Below, in pieces: positions 12,488 to 25,672 of a DNA stretch of 64,000 nt. The stretch's first letter is position 1; each line of letters begins with the position of its first letter. The position numbers were made by a program, and so were the translations under genes. Source of the DNA: Lytechinus pictus. Its lineage: Eukaryota. A model generated the notes under the pieces. The model did not search any database. It saw only the letters and a list, made by a program, of their open reading frames with translations, and had not been told where the DNA came from. The stretch covers positions 19,718,001 through 19,782,000 of the forward strand of contig NC_087250.1 in the NCBI RefSeq assembly GCF_037042905.1, read 5' to 3'.

Positions 12488-13844
12488 TTATCTGTCAATG
12501 GTCCTAACTGTACTTAGAGGACTCTGTGATGATATTTTTAACATTTTTACATTGTACAAGGGGTATTTTCATTCACGGAGCTAGACAAGTCTCTGTTCCC
12601 TGTAGAACTTGGTACACAAAGATGGATTTCCCTTAAAAAATCCACCTTTCCCACAATAATTTTGGGCAAACATTTGATTTTTCCAATTTGTAAGCCTTTT
12701 GTTATCTAAATATACAAAATTAAGGCTTAAGAAATGTTACTTTTAAGCAGGTAAACATTTTGAAGGATCACTTGCTTGCAATTCCCAAGCTATATAACAC
12801 AATGACATGACCTTTAAGTCGAGAGACGTCCATATGCAAGAAAATACAGAGGGAATTGGTGCAAATGCATAGCTGATTGTGCTAGTACTAGATTCCTGGC
12901 TGACGTGTATCGGTTTGGACGTTCTAATGACAAGTTTAGAGTGTAATTTGGCGCTAATAGAGTTTCACAACGGTTGGCATGATTGAGGTTAACATTTTAT
13001 TTTTTTTTCTCTCTTTTGCAGCCCTGGTAGAAGCACCATCTTGATACCATCATTCAAACTCTCATCAGCTGTATCATTATAGGTGGACTAAAAGAACAAT
13101 ATTCATGCAGATATAATGGTGTGTACAAATTTATCCTTTGTGGAAGGTATTTTTTATAATTATTGTGTTATTTTGATTATTTACATGTGCATGAACATGA
13201 GATGCAGTTAAATAATTTTGATTTTGTAACCACTCTGATACAAAGCTTGTCTAATAATTAATGCCCTTACAAGGTTCATGCTGTTGTCAATTCAAACGTA
13301 TTAGATAGGCATAAGTGAAACATCAACATCTGACATGCATTTATTATCACATCAGAAGGGATCTTCGTTATGTGAAATTGGCAACTTGTAATTTCTTATT
13401 CAAACTGATGGAATTATCCCATAACCATTTAAAACACATTTAAAAAAAGCATGAATTAAAATCATGTTTAATTAAAATAAATATTTTTTTTTTAACTTTA
13501 AAATGTCCTTCCCTATACAGAGATGGTTTGGAGGTGCAGCAGATCTTGAGGGCATCAAGCCCCCCTCCCCCGACCTGACTTTACATGTTAATATTTGAAG
13601 TATAAATATGGAACAAACCCCACATTGTTTTTTAATCATTTTTTAAAAAGTTTGGAAATTGATATCGAAACCATGTAGTTTTTAATGAATATTAAATAGT
13701 TAATGCAGGAAAGGCTTTTATGTTTATCTTCTTCTGTTATTTATTGCAGATGCCTTAAGTTGAAATGGAAGGTGTCCTGAATCTGCACCCATTCATCTGG
13801 TTTCGTAACTCCTTTCATAGTGCTATTGGAACCTGCTCCCTACC

Positions 13845-14380
13845 AGTATAACATCAAACAGATTGGAAGAATAAAGGCCAATGGGAAGTGCCTTTTATAT
13901 TTCTACTTGCCACAAAGCAGTCCATGGTTTAGCGCTATCTAAACTGGACTATTGTAATGCTCTTCGTGCTTGAATTAGGGCGATCTGGACTGACTGCATA
14001 TAGTACAGAATGCTGCATCTATTGTGCCATTTGCCATACGCCAACTTCGCTGGCTGCAAGTCAAGGAAAGGATATACATGAACATCAGTGTCCGTCTCCT
14101 GATTTTCAAAGTCATTGACAGAGATCCAGATTACATGTTTTATAAGGAATCCCTTGTGCGTCATTTTCATTCTAGGCGCACTTGCCTTTTTATTTTTGTG
14201 ATCATTACGCACCTACGAATTACATGTAGCTACTGGTGATGCAACTTTCTCCACTACTGCTCCAAGGCCGTGGAATTAGCTCCTTCCTCTCCTCCAGTTG
14301 TCAACAACCTTGGATCAATCCAAATACAATTTGAGAAGACCTACCATCTTGATCTTTGCTCTGTACTTACAACAATACTG
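13845..14380 (+). mobile_element. L2/CR1-type LINE ORF2 C-terminal remnant
   Basis: Broken frames read YNIKQIGRI, LSKLDYCNAL, VQNAA, IRQLRWLQVKERI..LLIFK; typical L2 post-RT motifs. Confidence 0.75.
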
Positions 14381-15715
14381 TCACTGTCTGGTAATTTGAA
14401 TTTTTTTAAATCTCATGCGCTTTGTATCTCGCAAAATAACGTGTTGTGTAAAAGCGAACATGCATTGAGGTCAAGTTTAAGGGTAACCATGGATATTGCC
14501 TTTTATTACTTTTGAACAAAACTGAAAAATTCATCCAAATTAGACAAGGGATAATAAAGTAATGTATGACATTCTAACCTCTGCATTATTTTGGTGAAAG
14601 AGCTCTAAGCATATATATGCAAGTAGCAAGCTGATGATGTCATACTGACGTACATTGTACATGTACACGTATCCCCAACTTATTATTTTGTATATAAAAT
14701 TGTGCATTTAATTTTGTTTACCAAGAATGAAACAAATCGGATTGTAAACTGTATTGATGTGACTTACCTGTATTGATTATTGCTGGAAGTTCTTTTGCTA
14801 CATGGGATTGGAAGACATACTTATTACACACATGAAGTAAATTATTATTTTATCTGGTAACATGAGAACAATAAAAATGTGGGCATGATATCATAAACTT
14901 ACATGTATCTACTTGCATGTGTTGATGACCAATATTTTTGTAATTATTTTTTTTTAAATTTTATCTGATTTTGATAAAATTTTCACTATTTTGCATGGTA
15001 AAAATTACTTTATTTTAGATTATGTTGAGCCCGTATCATATACAAGTACAACTTTAAAGATAAATTACCAGTTGTAGTAACAATCTTAAAATGAGTTCAA
15101 ACAGAACCCAATAGAATTACCAGCAAAATATAAAAGACATGTGCCATAATTAATTATAGCTCGGGAAGAAAATGTGTAATTGCTGAGAAATGAGCAAAAT
15201 AAGCATGTAATTCTATCCAATGTCAGGTATTTTTCAAATCAATCATAATACACTGTCCTGTCCCACATGTTCTTTTCTGTGTTAGTGATCATCAAAATAA
15301 TTAATTTTAAGTTCAAAATTAGTGATTTTACAAAAATACAAGCTTACATTAATGTACCAGATCTAGAGATTATGTACAATATTTTGACAATTTCTCATGA
15401 AATAATTGTTTGCTGCAACTGCTGTCTTTTTAATACGTTTAAGTGATAGTGTAATACAACCACAAACTTTTCTTAAGAATTAATGTACATGTATGATTCT
15501 TTCACCCAAATTTACATGCATTGATACTGTTGACTACTTGCCAAAAGTTCCTGCTAAAAGCCTTTTTTAACGATGTACATGCTTTTATAGACGACCTGCC
15601 AAAACATTGTATTGTATTATATTCAAGGTCCAACCAAAAAGAGATGAATAAAATGTTTGAAGGAAATTGAAATTAACTTTAAAAATGATAGAGCTCTGTC
15701 AATGCAGTATTATTA

Positions 15716-16006
15716 CAGGGTTCCCACAGTCATGGAAAATCCTGGAAAAAAATTGGTCATGGAAAGTCAGGGATATGTGAAAAGTCATGGAATTGCATTT
15801 ACCTCTTGGCTATGACAGCTTTCTAGTTTTTTATGTCTCACAACTCTCATACTCTGTGATTATACTCTACTATTATAATTGGTGTTCATGATCATAACAT
15901 GTCTGATTTTGTAAACTGTGCCAGAAAGGAATTAAGTCATGGAAAGCAGCAATTTAGTCATGGAGAGGTCATGGAATTCTGTTTTCAAATTTCTGTGGGA
16001 ACCATG
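15716..16006. mobile_element. hAT-like MITE with repeated GTCATGGAA motifs
   Basis: Termini cagggttcccacag / ctgtgggaaccatg; TSD not clear. Confidence 0.55.
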
Positions 16007-16086
16007 AATAGGTTTGTGCACTTGACACAGTGTGCACTACAGATGAACTTTGTAATGCCATGATATAAACCAGTACAATATCTTAA

Positions 16087-16808
16087 AGGAAAATAAAAAC
16101 CAAAATATAATACCACATGATACCATTGATAAATACAGGACAATGAAAATGAATCCACTCATATACCCCCAATCCGATGTCCCAGTATGGAGTACCACCT
16201 TTTCAAAGTTGGCATCTTCTGGTACAAAGTCTATGGATGGGGATTATTCCGTCAGCGACGAACTACATCTCTAAACGTTTGGGCATTAAATATTCTATTT
16301 CATCGATAATAAATCAAATGTACAGATAAAACTCATAAAATATTAATTAAAATTTGTTTAATATTATATGATAGGTTCAAATTACGACTTGATGAGTTTT
16401 AATGATAAAAATTACACCCTAATCTACGATTTACAAATTGGCAGCGGAAATTGGGGTGTAAATCTTATCATTAAAACTCATCAAATTGTATTTTGAACCT
16501 ACCATATATTAAACAAATTTTAACTAATATTTTTATGAGTTTTATCTGTACATTTGATTTGTTATTGATAAAATAGAATATATAATGCCTAAACGTTTAG
16601 AGATGTAGTTCGTCGCTGATGTAATAATTTCCTAACTAACCCCGCGAAAATGGCGACCTCCATCCAGAAACTTCGAACCATACTGTAAGAGGCCAACTTT
16701 GAAAAGGTGGTACTCCGTAATTGGATTAGGGTATGAGTGGATTCATGTTGATTGTCCTGTATTTATCAATAATATCATGTGATATTATGTTTTGGGTGTT
16801 ATTTTCCT
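16087..16808. mobile_element. TTAA-flanked foldback MITE (Kolobok-like), palindromic over almost its whole length
   Basis: ttaa|aggaaaataa ... ttattttcct|ttaa; arms mirror each other to a centre near 16445. Confidence 0.85.
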
Positions 16809-17494
16809 TTAATTCAGATATTACATGCCAGGGTATTGTCCTAGTTTTCATTTTCTCCAAATACATATTATCATCTCTCGTCTATTTCTACTTGCCCTTC
16901 AGCCTTGAAGTAAACTTGGGATAATTATGCATTTTGTTATACGCAATTTTGAGTACAGTGCACTTTGCCGCAGCTACTTATATGATATTACCTATTGTAG
17001 ACACATCCTTATGTTTTGTTCATTTTCTTAAAAACGATTAAGAGTTTAATCATTTTTGTCTTTAAGCATAAAACAAAGAGTAAATCAGTCCATTCTGTAT
17101 GTGTGACCTGCAAAAAAACTACAATGGTCGTTAATTTGGTTTGCTGAAAAGCCAGATAACCTTTGAGGTAACTTTTTAAAGTATTTAGAAGAAATGTATC
17201 TGTTTTAAAAGTATTTATATGCACTGTAACTAATTTCTTTGATAGTTACTATTATGTTACACTGTTTGTACAGTAAAGCAGCTGTTACACAATTTTTGTC
17301 AATATCAAATCTAAACCAGTATTGTAAATTGATGACTCTATGAGCTAAATACCAGTACTTTCTATATCACTTGTAAAATCATTTGTTGTCTGTTCATTGA
17401 AGGTGTTGTATTTTCTTAATCTTATAAAAGTACATAGGGTCATGAACACATTCTACTGCTACCAAAATCATACCCATGATCTGTGATGTATCTA

Positions 17495-18375
17495 ACCAGT
17501 TACCACACACATTGCAACACACCAGTTGCAACATACATTATCATGCATCAGTTATCACACATCTAGTTACCACACACATTTTGGGTAATGACTCTGATGC
17601 ATGGTATTATGTGTATTATGTACAATATGTGTGGTAACTGGTTAGTGTTTACCACACACCATTTACCACACGAATTACCTCATATTTTACCACACACCAG
17701 TTACCACATGCATTACCACACACCAGTTACGTAACTGGTGTGTGGTAGTGTATGTGGTAACGTGTGTGGTAAATCGTGTGTAGTAATGCATGTGGTAACC
17801 GGTGTGTGGTAAAATGTGACGTAATTTGTGTGGTAAGGCATGTGGTAAAATATGAGGTAATTTGTGTGTGGTAACCCGTGTGGTAACCGGTGTGTGGTAA
17901 AATGTGAGGTAATTTGTGTGGTAAGGCGTGTGGTAAAATATGAGGTAATTCGTGTGGTAAATGATGTGTGGTAACGCGTGTGGTAACTGGTGTGCGGTAA
18001 AATGTGAGGTAATTTGTGTGGTAAATGGTGTGTGGTAATGCATGTCGTAACTGGTGTGTGGTAAATGGTGTGGTAAATGTCGTGTGATAATCTATGTGGT
18101 AAATGGTATGTGGTAAAAATTGTTACCATAAATTAATCCCTTGTGTGGTAAATGTTACCATATATTAATCCATTCATGTGGTATTCCTGTGGTAATGTTG
18201 TGTGGTAAATGTTCCAATTTACCACAGGACAATACCACACGACATTACCACACATTACCACACAATACCACAGGACATAAAGACATAGCATTACCACACA
18301 ACAATATATGTGGTAATCGTGTGGTACAGTCCTATGGTAATTATATGGTATTACCACAGGACATTTTTGTAAGGG
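17495..18375. repeat. TGTGGTAA/TTACCACA-rich right subterminal array of the 10.8-kb element
   Basis: Dozens of TGTGGTAA or TTACCACA motifs in both orientations, ending at the TIR. Confidence 0.85.
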
Positions 18376-18546
18376 GTCCCTGTTATATAGGCCCTATATA
18401 ATCGATTAAAAATCTTGATCACCACCAGCATGACTATGGTCCAACCATGGTCCCAGCTAGCAAGCTGACGTTGGTTGGGCCAATGCGGGGTGCCGATGTC
18501 GGCCACATTCGGCGAATATCGGATTCCATAGACCAATGAAAATTAG

Positions 18547-18806
18547 AATACTACGTACGTACGTAATAATACTGCGTACGTACGTAATAATACTGCGTAC
18601 GTACGTAATAATTATCACGTACGTACGTAATAATACTGCGTACGTACGTGATAATACTGCGTACGTACGTAATAATTATCACGTACGTACGCAATAATAC
18701 TGCGTACGTACGTAATAATTATCACGTACGTACGTAATAATACTACGTACGTACGTGATAATTTTTTTTTTTTGGTTGTCAAAAATGTCCGGTTTGAGGC
18801 TTCGTA
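18547..18806. repeat. CGTACGTACG tandem array ending in a probable transposon terminus (...ggtttgaggcttcgta)
   Basis: ~10 units of ~22 bp built on the palindrome cgtacgtacg. Confidence 0.75.
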
Positions 18807-18825
18807 GTTCTCGAATCAAAGTTAA

Positions 18826-19408
18826 AGGAAAATGAAACCCTTGAAACCAGCTGAATCCATATCAAAGAGAAAAATCAAAGAAACACATTGTTGAAAGTTT
18901 GAGGAAGATTGAATGAACAATAAGAAAGTTATGAGCATTTGAATATTGAGATCACTAATGCCATGTAGATCCTCCCATTGGCAATGCGACCAAGATCTGT
19001 GATGTCACACACGTACAACTCCCTCATTACTTTAGTACATATTTCACTTATATTCTCACTTTTATAGAGTCTGTCACAAGGTGAGGTGTTCTCTTTATGA
19101 GAGGACAAGTACAGAGGTTTCACAACATTATATCATTGATGAATCGTTTGTCATATGATTAGAATGAGCAAAAAGAGATGTTTTGGGGTATATTTTCAGT
19201 GTCCAAAAGGGGAGAGTTGTTCATCAGTGACATCTAGATCTTGGTCGCATTGCCAATGGGAGGATCTACATGGCATTAGTGATCTCAATATTCAAATGCT
19301 CATAACTTTCTTATTATTCATTCAATCTTCCTCAAACCTTCAACAATGTGTTTCTTTGATTTATCTCTTTGATATGGATTCAGCTGATTTCAAGGGTTTC
19401 ATTCTCCT
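18826..19408. mobile_element. TTAA-flanked MITE (Kolobok-like) with ~180-bp TIRs, ~125 bp upstream of the BET1L ATG
   Basis: ttaa|aggaaaatgaaacccttgaaa ... tttcaagggtttcattctcct|ttaa. Confidence 0.85.
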
Positions 19409-19534
19409 TTAACTTTTGTGAGAAAGAAACTGGGCATTGAATCAACGTTGCGGTCGGTGCTAATCTACGTGGAATTGAAAACGTAAACACAAATATCGGC
19501 AGCTTGAAATTAACTCACTATTTTCCCTGAAATA

Positions 19535-22500
19535 ATGTCTGACTGGGACTGGGGATCGAAGAAAACAGGTAAATATTTTGAAATTACTGGACTGATTTAT
19601 TCAACTCTATTTACTTTATTGCTTAACAAATAAGTTAATGGAAATCTTTCCTTTATTTTCTTGAAACTCTTCAAACAGTACTGCAACGTGTCCCACACGT
19701 ACAATTTTGTGTTTGTAAACTCTTCATAATCAACACCAGTTTTCTCACTCGTTGACAGATCGATTCCTCATTCCAACTCTTTTCTATATCATATGTAACA
19801 AATTATAGAATAAAGTGCTCAAATATAGGACACTTAAGCATGATTGGACCAAAACAAAAATATAGGCCTAATCATTGAAATATTGAATCAAATGAAATTA
19901 ATCATGTCTATTTGTGGTTGAAAACTTTAGTAGCCTAGTTTTATTTTTTTGTAAAAATCAAATTTTGAAAAAATGTGGTAGGCCTAAATGGAAATTATTC
20001 ACTTATACTACCAGAAGCTTTTTTTTGGCCAAATACAAGAAGTGTAAAGTTGTGCGCCGCGATCAATTTTGGCAATTTAAACTGCGCTCTAGGCCCTAAA
20101 GACTAAACCCCAAAATAATCGCTTGATTGTTGAGAAAACATTTTTTATTTCAGCTGCGCAAATGCCGATTTTGAATTATTTCTATTAATAATTTTGATGT
20201 AGAAATCTGTAAATGATAATTATTTACTTTCCATATGGACCTCTTTCGGCTCTAAATATCGGACGTCTTCGCTTAGCTCCGGGTGGCTTCGTTCTGAAAT
20301 GCGAGCGTGGGCGTGTGAACAGCACGCTTTCCAGTGCAATCGGACGAGATGTCCGATATTTGGGAGGGTGTTGAATTTCCCGCCGTGTGGAAACCCGCGA
20401 TGGCCATTGCAGATCTTTTTGCGATAGATTGAATATGTGTCATATTGGTGGCGATATTTCCTGCGAAAATCACTTCCCCCTTACAAGATTTTTTTTGGTC
20501 ATTGATCTTTTGGAGTTAAAAATTAGTGAGGGTCATAAGAATCTTAACCCCTGGAATAGCTTTTCTGAGCAGCAACCTGGATCTATTGTGTGTGCAGTTC
20601 AACAGTACATGTATCACATGTATGCAAGTCCCCCGCCAGTGTGGATCCCTGTAGTTGAAGTCTTTTTCGTCCAATATTTGGACACTACTCATTACTCAAG
20701 TCATTTACCGGCCAAATCATGGTTTTTGGAACCACTCGTTGATTTGTGCATGTGCACGTGTGTACAAAGTAAATGGAGGTGGAAAATAGGGAACCATGCG
20801 TTGTGACTGAACTATAAAGCGCTGCTGTACGAAGTAAACGGTGGTTCCCAATTTCACGATAATGACCATTTACCCAGTCTGTCCAAATCAGGAAGAAGTA
20901 GATTGAATTTGCAATTCAATATTGGGCCTGAGGCTTTTTAAGCTAATCACTCAGTCTTGGATTTAACCCACTTATTTATTGAACAAGGTTATGATATAAC
21001 AAGGTTAAACTGTTATGATAAAACCTTGTTCTCTGTTGGGACTGTTAGGACTCATCCGTTTTTGTCCGCATGATTTTAGTCGCCAACTTCAGTCCATTTC
21101 AAACTTGTAAAAGATTTTACCCGTCCCTATTGACCTGTGTGTGAATTAATTCCTTGTTATTTTTTTTTAATAGGTGGACAAAACAACCACGGTGGTAAAA
21201 TGAGTACGGAGGACATGCTTGAAGCCGAAAATGACCGAATGACACTCGGTCTAGCAGCTAAGGTCTCAACATTGAAATCTGTGAGTAGTCTATGGGTTCA
21301 TAATCACTTAGGTCTGAGTGGGCGCGTCGTGGTCTAGTGGTTCTGACTCTCGCCTTTCAAACAGAGGGTTGTGGGTTCGAATCCTAGCCATGGCGTGTTT
21401 TCCTTCAGCAAGAAATTTATCCACATTGTGCTGTGCTCGACCCAGGTGAGGTAAATGGGTATCAGCAGCAAGTAATTCCTCAAAAAGCTGTGCGCACCAG
21501 AATCGGTAGACCAGTTTAACCGGGGTAATATAGGAGCGCCTTGAGCACCTAGCAAGGTGGATACGTGCGCTATACAAATCCTATATTATTATTGTTATCA
21601 GATAATCTTATAACATATGGGCTGAATGCATTTGGTCCAATATCAAATTGAATCGCTATTTGTCTTACAGTACACTATCTAATACCATTTAGTCTAATCT
21701 AATTCTTGTGTAGTTAAATGCACAGAGGGCCCAATTTCCACTTGACATTAAGGTCGTTGGTCACATAGGTCGTTGGATGCCAGAAAAGTCCTTTTCTTTA
21801 ATATTTTTTTATGAATCATTTGATCAATCAGCTTTGGCAGACTGGCAGTGATACACTCAACTACAACTATGGAAAGCCAGCAGCATCAACAACTAAAATG
21901 CATGTTTGTTCAAAATATTTTCCAGATATGACGTATTCATCTTCACGCTTTCATATGTTTTTTGGCAATTCATCATGCTCTACGTATACAAAAGGCCAAT
22001 GTTTTGAATTTATCAGCTTATTTGGCACTTTACCTTTCAAAACTGTAAGAATAATATCGTAAATAGTTTTCTTTACCAGTCATGCATGGATACAGAACAC
22101 GGTATACATAAAAAAGGATGCAATCAATGTAAACAAAATCTTGACATTTTTTGCTTTTCATAATTTAACACCAACTTCAACCATGGTTTTAGTTAAACCA
22201 GACTTCAGAATAATGACCTTTACCTTTTTTCTTGTTTTCTTTCAGCTTGCCAAGGATATGGAGAATGACACAAATGACCAAAATGTTTATCTTGATGGAA
22301 TGGTAAGACAAGAGATATGTTTGATCTGGAAGGGGGGGGTAGAGTTAGGGACAGTCACCAAAGACACATCCATGACCAGGGGGGTGTTTCACAAAGTATG
22401 ACTAAAGTCGCACTTAAATGCTGACGCGTGCATGATATGCAACGCGCGATCTTATTGATAGATACACAGTAGTGCGCATCCTCTTGTCATGATCTGACCA

Positions 22501-23364
22501 ATGCGGTCAAGCCTTTTATACTGTACGCAACTCGGTATTATGTATATGTGACTTTAACTCACGCTTAAATCTTTGTGAAACACCCCCCATATTTAGGTAT
22601 CATTTTTTTAATATGATACACATTATTAAGTGAAAAAAGTCCTTGAGCTGGGCTATATCAGTTTATACTTGTTTAGGGGGGTAAAAGGAATACAGAAAGT
22701 ATTCGGAAGTAAATTATGTAAATAGAGTATTAATTTGGCAAGTTCAGAAGTAGAACACACCTAGAGAGGTTTAGAAGCATGTGGTGGCCATTAAAGACAG
22801 ATTTCCTTGTAGACTGGTGGCTGCTACCTGGCCCTGGGAAATGGGGATGCTAGGGGTGCTGAATAACCCCCAAGATTTTCCTACGGGGTGTTGCATGTGT
22901 TATTTTCCATAGGCAGCACCTCCTGAAACTCTGGAAGGTGTGACCCAGATGACCTTCATTTTGTAGTGAAACCCTTTTTTTTTGCTTTTCAAATTTACAT
23001 CAGCACCAACACTAAAAAAAAATCGTTCCCAGGCCCTGGGCCGCTATTCTGTTCATGCCCACAAGAAGGAATGACAATTTTACTCTTTACATCATCGATA
23101 ATGCTACAGGTCTTTTTCAAAGACACCAAATGAAAAACAGAGGTGAACTGTTTCACCCAAAATGTGTCTTTGTGTTCCTTTTTTCCTATCCAGGGTGATG
23201 ACTTCTCCAGCTCCGAAGGCCTCCTAAGCGGAACTGTAAAGCGGCTGGACGGCATGCTGTCGTCCGGCCGCGGCAATCGCAAGCTCATGTGCTACCTGAT
23301 CTTAGGACTCGTTCTATTGTTCGTCTTTGCGTATCTCCTGTTATCTCGAGTGACTGGGCACTGA
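19535..23364 (+). CDS. BET1L: BET1-like Golgi Qc-SNARE (GS15), 122 aa; exons 19535-19568, 21174-21280, 22246-22302, 23194-23364
   Basis: All introns GT-AG with consistent phases (1,0,0); protein MSDWDWGSKKTGG...EDMLEAENDRMTLGLAAKVSTLKSLAKDMENDTNDQNVYLDGMGDDFSSSEGLLSGTVKRLDGMLSSGRGNRKLMCYLILGLVLLFVFAYLLLSRVTGH has a SNARE coil and C-terminal TM and resembles vertebrate BET1L. Confidence 0.93.
21320..21592 (+). mobile_element. tRNA-derived SINE in BET1L intron 2
   Basis: A box tggtctagtgg, B box ggttcgaatcc, central cacattgtgctgtgctcgacccaggtgaggtaaatgggta (CORE/Meta-like), 3' gcgctatacaaat plus (TAT)n tail. Confidence 0.85.
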
Positions 23365-23649
23365 CAGTGGATGAGTGTCGAACATTGAGATTGAGGATCA
23401 GATATGATTATATTTTTTTCAGGACTACTTCGCTCTTTTTAGTGGGACTCTGAATTGGCACCTAGAGACAGACTTCTCTACTGCGATGGAGTTGAACGAG
23501 ATCATTGTGCGGAGATCACTGTGAACTTCTGTACGCTGAAGATTTGTATAATTTCGAAAGCTGGACACGACTCTACCATTCTGAGTCCTACTACTTCTGT
23601 ACAGATGCAGCATATAGAGACTGACTTTCTATTTATTGCTTATTTCTAT

Positions 23650-24215
23650 CGAGTATGAATACAATCAATGCCGGTTCTTGTGCAGAGAAGATTCAGAATT
23701 GTGGAAAGGATGATTATAGTACTTCTTCTGCACTAATCTGCATCTCATAGAGACATTCATCCTGTTTATTGCTAAGAAGTATTATTGCGATCATGGACGG
23801 CTCCTGTACGTGGAAGATTCAGATTGTAGAAAAGCTGTTTATGGGGACTCTTGTCCGTACTTATCCTAATCTTCTGCACTAATCTCCATCAGGTAGAATC
23901 ATACATCCTATTTATTTCAATCAAGTATTAACGTGATCATGGATGGCTCATGTACGAGGAAGATTCCGATCGCGAAAAAGATTAGTAGCGTTCATTCTTA
24001 CACTTTTCTCCCGTTCTCATCAGCATCACATAGCGACATACATCTTATTTGTTCATAGTGTCAAGTATTAATGCGAGCATCGACGGATCCTGTACGTGGA
24101 AGATGCAGATTGTGGAAAAGATTGGTATAATTCATTCTCACACTTTTCTCCTGTACTGAGCAGCACCACGTAATGATATAGTTCCTATTTATTGCTATCA
24201 AGTAGTAACCTGTGG
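23650..24215 (+). repeat. Degenerate tandem repeat (~130-140-bp unit, 4 copies) downstream of the BET1L stop
   Basis: Recurring ctcctgtacgtggaagattcagattgtggaaaag-like unit at ~23675, 23801, 23946, 24087. Confidence 0.7.
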
Positions 24216-24244
24216 GAGACTGAATCTGTATATTTGTGGGCTGT

Positions 24245-24638
24245 AAACTGCCGATTCGTCTATTGCCAACTCATCCACTCATCACATGGTCTACCTTCAT
24301 TTAGTCTAATGCCATTACATCTATCAACATTTCGTCTAACAACCATTTGGTTGTATTATCACTTCGTCTAATCACCAGTTCATAATGACCATTTTGTCGA
24401 AAAACCAGTTGGTCTTATACCCATTTTTTTTTCATTCATTTTGCCCAATTAACACTTGTCCAATTAGACCAAATGGTTTATGGACTAAATGGCTATTGGA
24501 CCAACCAGTTATTAGACGAAATGGTGAGTGGACGAAATGGCAGTTAGACCATGTGGGTAGTGGACGAATTGATGATAGTAGACGAGTTCACTTGGTAATT
24601 AGACAAATTGGCTTTAGAGACCAATTGGAAATAAACCA
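24245..24638. mobile_element. MITE family with TTCGTCTA/TTGGTC internal repeats; other copies at 30836-31200 and from 63955
   Basis: Shared start gccaattcgtcta.tgccaactc.tccactca.cacatggtctac and end gaattggaaataaacc. Confidence 0.7.
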
Positions 24639-24861
24639 TGCGGGCTGGGGGTCCATGGAAAATATAGTATAGTTATAGCAAAATCATTCAGTCTCGAATG
24701 GGTTAAGGTAATCATTAGACTGTACATGACTACATGGAGGAGTTGTATAAGTAGAAAAATGGATATGATACTGCCATTTTTTGCCCTTTTACTTCTGTAC
24801 TCATCTGCAGCAAATAGAAACCATCTTTCTGTTTATCTCTAATGGACATCATATTGTATTA

Positions 24862-25275
24862 AGGCCACTGCACACCTTACAACCTGACTGGCTTGCAACT
24901 GAGTGAGGGGAGATATGATGTCACAGCTCTTGTCAGCTTTAGAGTCGCAGACTGGTCAGATACAAGTCGCAAGGAAAATCTTAAGGATTTGACATGTCGA
25001 ATCCTTATGACTGGATCGCAAGCTCAATCCAACTTCCAGCCAATCAGACAGCAGAGTTGCACAACATGTATATGATAAACAACACGCATACGCAGTAGTA
25101 AGCGCCATTTTCTCAGTTGCTATGGCAATAAGTGCATAAGTGAGTCGCAGACAGAATGGTAGTCGGATCGAAAGGTGTGCAGTGTCAAGGCTTACGACTA
25201 CCTTGCGATTCATCTCTACTCACTCAGTCGCAAGCCGATCGTAGACCAGTCGGGTCGTAAGGTGTGCGGTGGCCT
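24862..25275. mobile_element. PIF/Harbinger-like MITE
   Basis: TIR aggccactgcacaccttacaacctgactgg / ccagtcgggtcgtaaggtgtgcggtggcct; TTA/TAA flanks. Confidence 0.7.
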
Positions 25276-25672
25276 TAACATGTAATACAATCCTTGCCTT
25301 TTCTAGCATGCATATGTAATTAGTCTTGTGGAAAATAGAATTTCGGCTGGAAAATAGAATTTCGGCTGAATATTTGCCTTTTTCTCCTTTCAGTCTTACA
25401 TGTAACTAATTAGTTGTAATAGAGTGGGCCATCAATGAGAGGTTACAGGTATGTATGCAGAACTGAGTATTTAGATGGTCATGGCCTCTTCCTGCATGCA
25501 TAATAGTTTAGTGGAGAAGATGATTTTGATTTTGAAGTGGCACTGATCGAGTGGGCCATCAATGACAGCTTATGTATGCAGGTGGGTGTTTTATAAAGTT
25601 GTTCGTAACTTGCGACCGACTTTACGAACGACTGGGGACCCTTATGGTAAATGATACAATGATACACACCAG

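Larger units (their letters stand above)
7580..18375 (+). mobile_element. ~10.8-kb non-autonomous CCC-ended (EnSpm/CACTA-like) transposon with nested insertions
   Basis: TIR cccttacgaaaatgtcgtgtggta / taccacaggacatttttgtaaggg; 2-bp TSD GT; flanks rejoin to aaaaaatcgttcccaggtccctg, similar to the uninterrupted motif at ~23015-23038; TGTGGT/ACCACA arrays at both ends. Confidence 0.75.

Noticed and set aside
17687..18401. His/Thr-rich ORFs
   Set aside because: Translations of TTACCACA repeats
21320..21395. Possible tRNA gene
   Set aside because: A and B boxes are present but the acceptor stem is poor, and it runs into a SINE body and tail
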